Source of the DNA: Eledone cirrhosa
Lineage: Eukaryota
Assembly (NCBI GenBank): GCA_964016885.1
Contig: OZ024741.1
Location: forward strand, 329,592,001 to 329,656,000
DNA length: 64,000 nt
Reading direction: 5' to 3'
Shown: positions 1-11,849 of the stretch, in pieces
Layout: each line of letters starts with the position of its first letter
Position numbering within the stretch: the stretch's first letter is position 1
The notes under the pieces: generated by a model
What the model was told of the DNA's origin: nothing
Database searches by the model: none
What the model saw: the letters and a program-made list of their open reading frames with translations, nothing else
Program-made: the position numbers and the translations under genes

Positions 1-790
1 CGCCTACCCATCATCTTCTTGCCAGCACTGGTAAACTACCATAATAGCTTCATCCACAGCTACTGGTACAACACTAACATTTGGTTCATCCACAGCTACT
101 GGTACAACATTAACATTTAATGCAAGAACAGCAACTTCGCTCATGTCAGACTTTATCCGTTTTCTGTTAGACCCTTGGTGGTCACGTATAAACTACAAAA
201 CAGCTAGTTATTTGACACAGCGGCTCAACACGACCCTTAGCGCCTCATTTTTTTTCTTGCATGCATTCTTCTGTTCAATTATTTTTTTTCACTGATGTGC
301 TCTTTCAGCATTTTTTCCTAATGATTCAATAATCTGTATCGTCTTACAACTAGAGGGGGAGTATTGTAGTGACCTACATTCCGCGGGCTCACATACATTC
401 TCCGTGCGTGATTTGGCTCAGCTCAGCCAATCAGCGCCAGTAGAAGAAAATGTATTCCTACGCACCCTGAGAGAGAAATTCCCCGCGAGGATTTGAAGAA
501 TCAGCCTCTCGCATCCTGAACTTCGAAGGAACAACACGTACAACATGTAACGGTGAGATTTTGCACTTTGGCCTGCCTCGGGCCTGGCACAATGGCACAT
601 TCCTTTTGTAACCTTTTTTAGGTTGAACTACAATCATACAATTTAACAAAACATTACTTTGTGCCACAACAAATAAACATACTTTTCATCTCACGAACAT
701 TCTTCTTGTTGACGTTGTTATCAAGTTACTCGTTTGTCGATATGACTAATACATCTTTCTACCAAGCTGATTACTGGTGGCGTTATAACA
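1..790 (+). mobile_element. 3' end of a Ty3/gypsy-like LTR retrotransposon: degenerate pol tail, polypurine tract (352-361) and 3' LTR (365-790)
   Basis: AGAGGGGGAG purine tract lies just before TGTAGTGAC. The segment ends GTTATAACA (TG...CA with an imperfect terminal IR) and has AATAAA at 672-677. Bases 171-206 translate TLGGHV*TTKQL, resembling the TRxGRxxxPPxRL motif at the end of gypsy integrases. The 5' LTR is outside the window. Confidence 0.6.
49..118. repeat. Two tandem copies of a 36-bp unit
   Basis: ttcatccacagctactggtacaacaYtaacattt occurs twice in direct orientation. Confidence 0.85.
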
Positions 791-964
791 ATTACATTAT
801 TTCCTCTAACAACTTTGTTACAACATCTAAATAACTCTTCTAAAGAGTAAATGGTGGTAAAAATGATCATGATCTCCAGTTTATCCAGCAGGGTGCAGGA
901 GAAAGGCATTGAACCCAGGCAGAGGAACGTCCTTGAAATATTAGAGAATGGGTAAATCTTTATA

Positions 965-1150
965 ATAACTGTTTCTACTTTTGGCACAAGGCCACCAATT
1001 ATCCCAGTGCATTACGTCTACTTTATTTTATCGACCCCGTAAGGATGAAAAGCAAAGTTAACCTCGGCGGGATTTGAACTCAGATCGTAAAGGATCGTAA
1101 CTCTATACTGCAAAGCATGGCATCCGACCCGCTACCGATACTGCCAATCA
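965..1150 (-). mobile_element. tRNA-derived SINE family A (Nin/Deu-domain-like core), representative copy
   Basis: Minus strand has an A-box-like TGGCAGTATCGGTAG, B-box GAGTTCAAATCC, core GC(C/T)TTTCATCC..GGGGTCGATAAAATAAAGTA and a tail ending GTAGAAAC+(ATT)n. Other minus copies (approx.): 1410-1620, 15365-15590, 15810-15905, 15965-16170, 17880-18025, 19385-19570, 20145-20355, 22725-22930, 23660-23865, 24340-24555, 53445-53630, 55400-55480, 55895-56010, 62835-63015. Confidence 0.85.
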
Positions 1151-1932
1151 AACCTTCTAAGTAAATCTTTATAATAACACCTGTCTTACAGACATGTTAT
1201 GGAGTTCTCGGGTGTGGGAACCACTATAAACGAGCAATTTACGACAGTTTTAAAGGTCATATTCGTTCAAAACACACACGAGTTATAGATTAAACAAATT
1301 TCAACATAAAAATTCTCACCAAACTTATCAACTAGCTACACTTAAAATTATAACAAAAAAACACATAAATAACAATAATTACTATTACATTTGTCTCGGG
1401 GGCAGGTGTAATATTGGTTTCTGAATTAGGTACAATTTCGTGGGAGGGGAAGTCGATTATATTGACCCCAGTGCGTTACTGATACTTTATTTTATTGACC
1501 CCATAATGATGAAAAGCAGAGCTAACCTCAGCGTGATTTGAACTCAGAATGTAAAGGGACGTAACTATGTGCAAAAAAGCTTATTGTCTGACGCTCTACC
1601 GATTCTGCTAATCCTCCACCCTAGAGACTGGTGTAATGATAAACATCTACCAGAAAATGGTTTGCATACATTGAAAACTAACATTTTACAAAATGGTTGA
1701 CGATGACCGACAGGAGACAACATATAGAGCCGACTGGCTTTGACAATCTCTCTAGAGCTTGCTACTCCGATAAAATTGTACCAAGTACACTCCAAAATGG
1801 TTGACGGTTAAACGGAGACGACAAGGAAGGATTCTTTAGTGATGTCAAGGACATTTGATAACCTCTCATTATTACATGAACTCTGTAAAGTAGTTGTTAG
1901 TATTAGGAAGAGTATTCGACTCATGCCACACA

Positions 1933-2768
1933 TCTATGTCTGTCTGTCTGTCCCCCTAAACCTCGAGAACCACCCAACCGATTTTTTTCAAACTTTACAC
2001 ATGTAATACTTATGGTCGTGTGAGTGTTTTGAGCAAAAAATATTTCAAATTTTCAATGCCCTAGGGACCGCATTAGGCGAAAAACCGTATATTTTAGGCT
2101 TTAAAGGCTTTTTTGAGGTATAACGGAACAATAATCCAGGCGATTACTTCAAAATTTGCATTACTTATGTCGTTTAAAGTATTTTGAGCAAAAAAAATGT
2201 TCTCATTTTTTGCACCAGGGACCGCATTAGGCGAAAAACCGATTTTTAAAGCATTTTTGTTGCGTTAGAGCCTGTAACTCGAGAAGTACCCAACCGAGTT
2301 TTTTTAAACTTTGCATATGCATTACTTATGTTTCACAAATTTTCTTGACTGAAAAAGATTTCAAAATTTTGCCCGGGGACCGCATTGTTTAGCATTTTGG
2401 TTGCGTTAGGGCCTGTAACCTTAAAAGTATCCAACTAAATTCCTTCATACTCTTCACCACTGCAATCCCACATGCTTACTGCTCTGTAACTATTGCTTTC
2501 ATTGTACCATAGCACAACAAATTCGGTTTGTCGAATGCCTTTTTACTTAACCCTATCGTCTTGGCTTTCGTGGGTTGAATGTTTTACTCTCACGCACCCA
2601 ATTAAGTTAAACCCCTAGTAATCTACGACGAATTTTTTTTATAAGCACAAAATGTAGACACCATCCCTAGGCGAGATATTCCGTACTTCTCTGTATTGTT
2701 TCAGAAAGGAGGGATAAACATGCCAATCTATGTTTAGAATCCCGAGCAACACCGGGCCATTCTGCTAG
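1933..2768 (+). mobile_element. Non-autonomous Helitron
   Basis: Starts A|TC followed by (TGTC)n. Ends with a subterminal hairpin CCCG..CGGG (2741-2756) and CTAG|T. No TSD. A second copy of the family is at 36940-37888. Confidence 0.8.
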
Positions 2769-3251
2769 TATAAAATAAAAAATGGAACGTACGGCCGTGA
2801 TATAATTTCCCGGGACCCATCTAGGGTAAATAATATGGCCGATACTTGGTTTTAGTGTCCTAAATGATCATCATCGACAATCAGTTATTAGCTCCACCCA
2901 CTACACGACACGACACGACACGTCATCAGCTGCTGCTTGATTTTTACATATTCATTATCTTACAAGCTTCATTTTTACACGGAAAAACATTGAATTTTTA
3001 TAATAAATATTTATTAAAATATTAACAGAGAAAATTAGATTTTTGATTGATTTTTTGAACAAAATAAATATTTATTTACAGTTTTTCACAGAAAAACTAT
3101 GCTTCATTTTTACATGAATATTTATTTAGTTTTTAACAGAAAAATATTGTTGCGAAATACATTTTTTTTAAAAACAGATTTACAGTTTTTAACAACAGAA
3201 AAAAAATTTCTTTATACAATATATTGTTGCGATATACAGTATTTCTTTTCT

Positions 3252-4223
3252 TTAAACAATATATTGTTGCGATATACAGTTTAACATTTTTTCGAAACAT
3301 TTACCTTCACCAGTTGGATACGTAGCATTGCGCCATCGCCACTCAAACTCCCTTAAATACGACTGAAATAGTGGTCCGCTGGTACCATTGATGCGTTTCA
3401 GTTTTTTTTTTGGGGGGGGGGGGGGGGGAGACCACATCCCCTCAATATTTTCTGTGTATACTTGATATGGGATCAACGAAATGCTGCGAATGGTTGACAG
3501 TCAGATGTGTATAACGACCAGGCAAATTTGGTATTTGATTGTATGCCCGCCACTCATCTGTATGGATCATCGATCCATCTGCACAGTGCCTTTCAATGAG
3601 AGGCAGCAGTACGATCAGGGATTTCATGTAGAAAAATATTGCGGGGATTATTAGTATCAATTCCGCCAACGAGCCAATGTCCTTCATGCCAGAGCCCACG
3701 AGCATATTTACGATGAAAATATTTGAACAGTTATTGGTAATCCGTTAGAATCCAGACCACCAAGTATCGCCGGATTTTGCTCAACCCATTCACTACATAC
3801 ATCACGCATAAAATTGCACCAGTCGGTAATGGTACTTGTATTGTTACAGCAAATTTGAATTGAAATAACATTTTCGGTGTCAAAACACCAATAGTAGATA
3901 AAATCGAGAATTTGTTGTAGATTCAAATGACTTCTAGTAAAAAAGGATCCACAACGAATCGATTGCGTAAAGTTGCATGCCTTACGTTTCCATCTGAAGC
4001 CATCAATCCCGTCTTTCAAAGTCACAAACGAACATAAAATATTGCAGGCAGTACAATTAACAGTATTTGAAATTAACCTGTTGCTAGCCAGAAATTCCAG
4101 AGTAGAGCGATTGTTTGCTGTAGTTAAATGCATTTCACGGTGTGTTAAATTCAGATTTAAAGTTTCTTCTGGTGAATTAATATTCTCAACAATAAATTGT
4201 GGTGCACGCGGTCTTCCAGACAT
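3252..4223 (-). pseudogene. Merlin transposase pseudogene, left arm (frameshifted; first catalytic D deleted)
   Basis: ORF pieces 3708-4223, 3442-3705 and 3252-3476 give an N-terminal Zn-ribbon-like region (CTAC..C..FRWK..C), WCNFMRDVC, GSMIHTDEWRAY, VNHSQHFVDP and TENIEGMW. Confidence 0.85.
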
Positions 4224-4321
4224 ATTTCTTTCGATATTTAGTTAGTTGTTCACGAAGTCCACGTGCACCACAACTTCCGGCCTAACTAAATATTTACTTT
4301 CAATATTGAAAGTAAATATTG

Positions 4322-4929
4322 AGATGAAAATGTAAGGCATGCTACTTTACGCAATCGATTCGTTGTGGATCCTTTTTTACTAGAAGTCATTTGAATCTAC
4401 AACAAATTCTCGACACCGAAAATGTTATTTCAATTCAAATTCGCTGTAACAATACAAGTACCATTACCGACTGGTGCAATTTTATGCGTGATGTATGTAG
4501 TGAATGGGTTGAGCAAAATCCGGCGATACTCGGTGGTCTGGATCCTAACGGATTACCAATAACTGTTCAAATTGATGAGAGCAAATATTTTTGAAAGGCA
4601 CTGTGCAAATGGATCGATGATCCATATAGATGAGTAGCGGGCATACAATCAAATACCAAATTTGCCTGGTCGTTATACACATCTGACTGTCAACCGCTCG
4701 CAGCATTTCGTTGATCCCATATCAAGTACACACGGAAAATATTGAGGGGATGTGGTCTCATGCCAAAAAAAAAAAAAAACTGAAACGCATCAATGGTACC
4801 AGCCGACCACTATTTCAGTCGTATTTAAGGGAGTTTGAGTGGCGATGGCGCAATGCTACGTATCCAACTGGTGAAGGTAAATGTTTCGAAAAAATGTTAA
4901 ACTGTATATCGCAACAATATATTGTTTAA
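4322..4929 (+). pseudogene. Merlin transposase pseudogene, right arm (5'-truncated, internal deletions)
   Basis: ORF pieces 4391-4594 (ending VQIDESKYF) and 4711-4929 (HTENIEGMWSHAKKK..YLREFEWRWRN). Confidence 0.85.
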
Positions 4930-5727
4930 AGAAATTGTAAACTGTAAATCTGTTTTTAAAAAAATGTATTTCGCAACAATATGTTTCTGTTAAAAACTGT
5001 AAATAAATATTCATGTAAAAATGAAGCATAGTTTTTCTGTGAAAAACTGTAAATAAATATTTATTTTGTTCAAAAAAATCAATCAAAAATCTAATTTTCT
5101 CCGTTAATATTTTAATAAATATTTATTATAAAAATCCAATGTTTTTCCGTGTAAAAAATGAAGCTTGTAAGATAATGAATATGTAAAAATCAAGCAGCAG
5201 CAGCTGATGACGTGTCGTGACGTATCGTGTAGTGGGTGGAGCTAATAACTGATTGTCGATGATGATCATTTAGGACACTAAAACCAAGTATCGCCATAAC
5301 CTGTCCTACCCATGCCAACTTGACTTGGCATTAAAAAAACTCACTCAGATTGTAATAACACTTCCAACCCATACCAATATGGAACGGTGTGATGTTAATT
5401 CATTGAAAAATAAAACTGATAATAATGTAATTCACACTAATGGTGAAGGTGGGATGTTTCTACATTGGAAAAACAATGCATTTGGTTTAGTTTAAACTTC
5501 GTTAAGATTGCATGCTGGAAATTCAAGATGGAAAAAGAACATTTTCTTTAATGAGAAGGATAAAGTTGGCGGGGAAAGAAAACCCGTTTTATCATCTTCG
5601 TTACCAACACAACAGAAAAATATTTTATAAAAATTAGTAAAAGTTTGTGCCAACATCAGAAATCGATAATAGTTATACTAATTAAGAAACATGGCAATGA
5701 ACAAATTATTAATAATGTTTTTAATTA

Positions 5728-5974
5728 CAAATAGGCTATTTTGCCGGTCTCGGTAAAATAAACAAACATGCTTTTTTACCGGTCCCTGTAGAATCTAACC
5801 TTGCCTTATGTGCCAGATAGACTGGGTTAGGATTAGGGCTACGGTTAGGGTTTAAATTGTCTTAATAATTGGTGGCGAAAATAAATAAACTTCTGTGTTA
5901 AATTTGGGTTGTTATTTTTTACATTACCTGTCTTCATAATAATAAAAATATTTACCGGCAAAATAGCCTCTTCC
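5728..5974. mobile_element. MITE with 8-bp TSD and internal TTAGGG-like repeats
   Basis: Subterminal IR AGGCTATTTTGCCGGT / ACCGGCAAAATAGCCT. Flanking direct repeat TTTAATTA at 5720-5727 and 5975-5982. gggttaggattagggctacggttagggtt at ~5824-5852. Confidence 0.7.
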
Positions 5975-8189
5975 TTTAATTATCAAAACAATTATGGAAA
6001 AAAAATAATAGTCAATTAAAAGATGCGATTATTTATGTCATTTCTAACGTTGTAGATGTTTATTAAATATAACATGGGCAATGGTTGAATACAATTACAT
6101 GCGGAATGTTATTTGATTGTCTTTGAGCCAACGAAAGAACTTCTTACATGGTCTCCCAACCCATTCGAAATAACAGCTAAGTCCCTCGTAAATTAAACCA
6201 TTAAACCCTACCGCCTTGGAAAAGTCAATAGTAAATTCGATAAAGTAGCTCAAAGGAAGGACAAGATAGTCATAGCCGGAATTAAGGTTGCGCTGGGGGC
6301 TAAACAACAAAAACTGTCACCCATTTTACTACCAACCTCACAACAATGAGAGCAATTTTTTCAAGGGTAAACGCGGCAAATTAGGTACAGGCACACAAAT
6401 ATTTGTTACGCGCCAGGATGAAAAAAATGTAAACATGTTTTTTTCGATTTATAAAAATGTTTAATAGAAAATGAAAATATAAAAATTATTCAAAATCACA
6501 TTGAAATTATATAAAAATAATTGAGCAGTATCTACTAAAAACAAAAAAGAAGAAAAAAATGTGGAAGAACTGGTTAAGCATCAAACATTGCTACTAAAAT
6601 ATTTAAAATCAATTGGCTTACCTTAGATTTAATCAAAATCGAAGAATTCTAAACGAAGGCTATTTTCGAAAATGTGAAACTTGTCAACTTCTTCTGGGGT
6701 CAGATTATAGCCAGTTTGTTCCAATTTTCCACAAAATATCTGGTACTGTTTCTTCCCATTTTACACAAAATATCTGGTACCGTTTCTTCCTATTTTCCAC
6801 AAAATATCCTTTGGCAATTTGTAAGAGAAGCAGCATTTATCATTACTTATTATAATATAGATTACCCTTTAAACCATATTTTACAGATAAAATTTCTTTT
6901 AAAGTCTTTAAACTCATATGTTTGTGTAATTTTAAATGAACAATATTCATTTCGCTAAAATGTCGATATCAGCAAGTTTGAATGCTGCAAAATAAATAGT
7001 TTCAATGCTAAGTCAGAAAACTCTTTGAACGGATTTTCTCTATACAAAGAAACTTCTATCTAAAATGGAGTTCAAGACGTTTGTTGAATTTGTCAGTTAG
7101 TATCGCGCCCTACCAACGTACCAGATGATGCCCGTGAGAGTGTTTGGCTATCTCAGCGCCTTAGCCACTCTATCACCCCCACGGCAATGCTGCGAGTGTT
7201 GGAGAGAAATTCCAGTGCCCCTTGTTATCAGGTGCGATTGAATGTGCGCTTTTTCCCCCACCAATTTTTATATGTAAATTGCATAAAACTATTTGGCAAT
7301 CATGTATTCATATGTAGCTATTTTTATCCTTGCTATACTATAAATTGTATTTATAAATCGTATTCGAAACTTCAACCCAAGCTGCTTTCATCAAAAATCT
7401 GTTTGTTGTTGTTGTTGTTGTTTTCTCGTTATTTTCATAAAAATACATTTTAAAGAGTCTAAAATTGCAGAGTTGACAAGTTTAAGACAGTCGTACTAAA
7501 ATTAATATCTTATGGATTCTAAAACCTTGAAATTATTTCCATAGTCGTTGCTTAATTTGTTGCACAAGCTCGATAACAAATTTAATGCAGCTTTCACATA
7601 TTTCAAATTGAAAACTGAGATAAGGTTTTGAGTTTACAAAATCCAGAAGACACTCATCTTGCTTTTTCTTTTGTATAATTAAAGAAGTTAATAATAAGAT
7701 ATTATAGATCACTCATTAGCTTAGTCGGGTGTGTTTGAGCTCCAAATATTTTGTTAACTCAAGCTTTCCGGCGCTTAAACCCTCTTATAACATGGAGACT
7801 TGTTGAATGATCTTAAAGTTTTGTTAGTTAAGACTGTTGACTCTAAATATGTAAGTATAATCATGATTTTAACTTCTTTCTTAGTCTTGCATTGGTGATA
7901 GAAAAAGCCCAAGCTAATAATAATATACAGTATATATACTTAAGCCCCTCTAATCCCCAAACTGAAGGAAGCTCTGCAACTCTTTTCACCTGAAGAAGTA
8001 GTTGCTTCAAAAACACGAGAAAAAAGTTCTTGTAAAACAAAGAAAACCAAACTTTCAGCTGTATAGCATTTTTCAACAATTCTGGCTATACTTTAAACTT
8101 CAATGTTTAAATTCATTGTTTAAAAGTTCTTGCAACAGCAACTTCGATTGAGAGTCACCATAGTTATACTAAACAAGCTAACCCTTAGG

Positions 8190-8550
8190 TGGATTAGTAG
8201 TATCAGTAGAGCGTCAGACACCATGCTTTGCAGCGTAGAATTACGGCTCTTTACGTTCTGAGTTTAAATCCCGCCGAGGTTAGCTTTGCTTTTCATCCTT
8301 ACAGGATTGATAAAATAAAGCACCAGCAATGCACTAGAGTAATTGCTGACCTTGTGCCAAAAGTAGAAACAATTATTTGAGTATTTAGTTATGGCCCTTT
8401 ACGTTCTGAGTTCAAATAACGCCATGGTTAGATTTGCCTTTCTTCCTTACGGGGTCGATAAGATAAAGTACCAGTAAGCACTGGGGTCGATTTAATTGAC
8501 TTTCCCCTCCCCTTCAAATTGTTGGCCTTGAACTTAAAGTAGAACAATTA
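8190..8550 (+). mobile_element. Two tandem SINE family A copies, plus strand
   Basis: Same A/B-box, core and tail as 965-1150 in the opposite orientation. Other plus copies at ~41545-41705, 62570-62778 and 63378-63555. Confidence 0.85.
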
Positions 8551-8771
8551 TTTGAGGCAAATAATAATTGTTTATATTCTGCTTGGATGACTTGCAGAAT
8601 ACGGCAACCAGTTTAATAAGTTTCTTTAATCATGTACTGAAATGCATAGTTAGGCAGCAATGAATGACAAATACATTTATTAACATTATGTGAGGAATTT
8701 CTTTTGGTAAATTTATAGAAAAGTACCTGCTGGAGTTCGTTAAGAAATTGTTTTTGTTTTGTTTCGTTTTT

Positions 8772-8802
<31 letters not shown>

Positions 8803-10016
8803 GTAGATTTTTTTGTGTGTGTTTTCAACAAATCTCCCTTCTAATTCACTTGCAAACTACTCCTTTTTCTGATGACAGGGAAGAAGGGAACCCTCAGAGT
8901 TACAAATAGGCACTCCTCTGCCGTTCGGTGAATCTTTTCTTAACTGTTTTCGTGTTTTCAATGAATCTGACCTCCAAATCCGTCGGAAATATCGATAATA
9001 TGGGAGGTGTAAGATCATGTACAATAATCAGAAGGGATCCAGTCTTATTTTTATTTAAGAATGAAAAATGGATAAGTTTTACATCTAATTAGGAGACACC
9101 ACAAAAGCATGCTAAACAGTGCTAAAGAACTAAAATAGTGCAGCCGTGCCAAATCTAAAATTGACACACTAAATGCTGCTAAAATGCATTAGATTTAGTA
9201 CGTTTCATGTTAAATTGCTAACACTGAATGAGAGGCAAAGTAACTACCAAAACAAGATTTCATTTCACAGATACATAAAATTATGTCACTAAATACTACA
9301 GGCAGACATTTTTAATCCAGGGTTTCAGTGTTATATCTGTCAATCTCTAATACCTACTTTACCACCATAAACGACAGCCATCCACCACAACCCTCACTAC
9401 CTCCATCATAAACATCATTCTCCTCCACAACCACCATCCACCACAATGCCCTCTACCACCCTCCTACTACCATTCTACTACAACTGACATCACAACCAAC
9501 ACCCACAAATCTCTCACCCTCCACCATAATCACAACCACCCACCACAGCCGCTACTATCACCTTCCACCACCACCAGTCTGTATAATTATTACTGAAATA
9601 ATAAATGAAAGATGGAGTGTGAGGAATTGTAGAGCAGACAAAATATTTTACAAGATTCCATTTCATTTCTCTAGATTTCTTCAACTCACACTTGGGTTGA
9701 ATTTGTCTCACACCCTTGCCAGCAGTGACAGATTAAGAAGCACAAGGGGCTGACTTGGAGCCCCACAATATTTTCCCTTTCGTTACTGTATTTCTAATGA
9801 AATATTTTGTACTTTTAAGTATTTAATGGAGAATTTGGTAGGGATTTACTAAAATCATAATTTCATTATATAACAAAATATTCTTATATAAAATTGAGAC
9901 CCTTTAACTCACTTCCATCTCATTGTTTTCCTCCTTATGACCTGAACTCTTTCAAGTAAATTTATTCCATTTGTTCTGATTTCTCCTTATTCATAGTCCC
10001 TTCAATGACACAGTTG

Positions 10017-10530
10017 AGGATGAGGAGCTAAGCTGCATGATTGATCAAATTAAGACAGCAAATGCAAATTCAATGCATAAAGAAAGCTGGAAACTGATTA
10101 ATGAGATAAGCAGAAGGAAGGCAGCGAAATGAGATATCATCTCAGGAAACAGCAAGGAAGAGCTTATTCAAAAAGGTTATCAGCATTTCAGCCAGTTGCT
10201 TGGAAAAGTCCCCACTTGTAAACAAAGAGGATGAAGAGGTTCAACTTGTCTTCAACAATCTCACCTACAAAAATGGACCTTTTGACTTGAAACAACTTCA
10301 GATTGCCAAGAACAGGCTGAAGGAAGGAAAGGTTGCTGGTCCTGATGGAATTCCTCCTTAGGTTATCAAAAATGATAATCCCTTGCACTAAGTGGCTTCA
10401 CACTTTGTTTGAGACTTTTAAGAAAAAGAAAATGAATTCTTGCCACAGAGTGGTCTTCACTAAAGTCATCCAATGGTCAAGTGGTGGTGTTAAACCAGGC
10501 AACAGAATAACTCCACAAACCTTAACACAG
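10017..10530 (+). mobile_element. Decayed RTE-clade LINE fragment (region preceding the RT domain)
   Basis: Translates ..SWKLINEIS....YQHFSQLLGK....GPFDLKQLQIAKNRLKEGKVAGPDGIPP with a stop and a frameshift. Colinear with the corresponding part of the 45133-48175 LINE. Confidence 0.7.
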
Positions 10531-10687
10531 CAGAATTTGAGCACAGAACAGAAAGTACTGGAACAAATACAAGAAGATATCCTGTTTGATGTTGTAACAA
10601 TTCTGTCAATCCATTGCCCTGAAGTGGGACATATTTTACCAAGCCTGAAAGAATTAAAGAAAGCAATGTTAATCTCAGTAGGCAGAG

Positions 10688-10960
10688 ATCATCATCAACA
10701 TCACCGTTTTACGTCCGTTCTTCCACGCTAGCATGGGTTAGACGGGTTTTCCTGTTGTGGGCAATGCCAGGTCAGGCGACCATGTTTTACTCATACGGAA
10801 CTCATTTTGGCTTGATTTCTACAGCTGGATGCCCTTCCTAACACCAACCTCATTTACAGTGAGTACTGGGTGCTTTTTTATTGTGGCACCCACACAACCA
10901 CTTTACAGTGTGAGCTGGGTGATTTTTGTCATGACACCTACATGACCACGTTACAGCAAA
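10688..10960 (-). mobile_element. Short retroposon carrying the RTE 3'-UTR module and a (GAT)n tail
   Basis: GTTGGTGTTAGGAAGGGCATCCAGCTGTAGAAA...AACCCATGCTAGCGTGGAAGAACGGACGT on the minus strand. Related copies at ~11630-11812(+), 31488-31636(+), 41775-42020(+), 42172-42460(-) and 43446-43620(-). Confidence 0.75.
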
Positions 10961-11184
10961 ATATTTTGTCTAATGTTCTAGCAAATGATCAGCTTTGATA
11001 ATGTAGAAGTATAACTGCTGTAAAGAGTGAGGAGTGTAATCTTTCAGGTGCTTATTGTTCACCTAAGAGAGATTGTGCAGTTGTTTATATGGTGAGCCTT
11101 GAGATTATATAGCTGTTTAATAAATGATAAACTTATGAACTATATGATGCTCCAGCGTGGTCTTAACCATGACTAGGGCTGTGC

Positions 11185-11560
11185 AAAGCTGCTAATAAGC
11201 CAGGTGTGAAATGCAGACCTCCGAAGCTGGTAATAAGTCAAGGCTAGATGTGAAATACAGACCTCCAAAGCTGGTCATAGGCCTAAACTAGATGTGAAAT
11301 ATAGCCCCACCTAGCTGGTAGTAGGCCCAAGCTAAATGTGAAATGTAGCCCCTACCCAGATGGTAAAAAGTTTAAGCTAGATGTGTAATGCAAGCTTCTA
11401 AAACTGGTAATAGACCCAGGCCAGATGTAAGATATAAAGTTTCAAAGATGATAATAGCTCCTGATAGACCCCTAAATTTGGTAATAGGTCCAGACCAGAT
11501 GTGAACTGCAAACCTCCGAAGCTGATAATAAGCCCATGTAAAATGTAGGACCTCAAAATG
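11185..11560. repeat. Degenerate ~44-bp minisatellite, about 8-9 copies
   Basis: Recurrent aagctggtaatag..c.agatgtgaaat.cagacctcc units. Confidence 0.75.
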
Positions 11561-11849
11561 AGCAATAGAACTATGTTGGAAATGGTATTGCTAGTACTAT
11601 GATAAAAGATGGTAGTGGCACTACCTCAATAAAACACACCTGGTAGATGCTGTAAAGCATTTGGCATTAAGAAGAACATCCAGCCATAGAAACCAGGCCA
11701 AAATAGAACAGATGAACAAGACACATTTATCTGATATATCTGGCCCCATAATGAGACAATCTGTCTAACCCATGCAAACATGGAAAATAGACGTAAAACA
11801 GTGATGATAATGATATATATGTTTGTGTGTCCATGTTTATGTTTCATAA

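Larger units (their letters stand above)
2837..5295. mobile_element. Fold-back (inverted duplication) Merlin-superfamily DNA transposon, IS1595/ISXO2-like DDE transposase
   Basis: Arms 2837-~3990 and ~4322-5295 are reverse complements. Both outer ends read GG(C)CGATACTTGGTTTTAGTGTCC. Both arms encode transposase motifs (VQIDESK, IHTDEW, HTENIEGMW, YLREFEWR). No clean TSD. Confidence 0.9.

Noticed and set aside
3252-4929. Bacterial IS1595 insertion or contamination
   Set aside because: It is embedded among animal SINEs and Helitrons and is decayed; the eukaryotic Merlin superfamily explains the homology.
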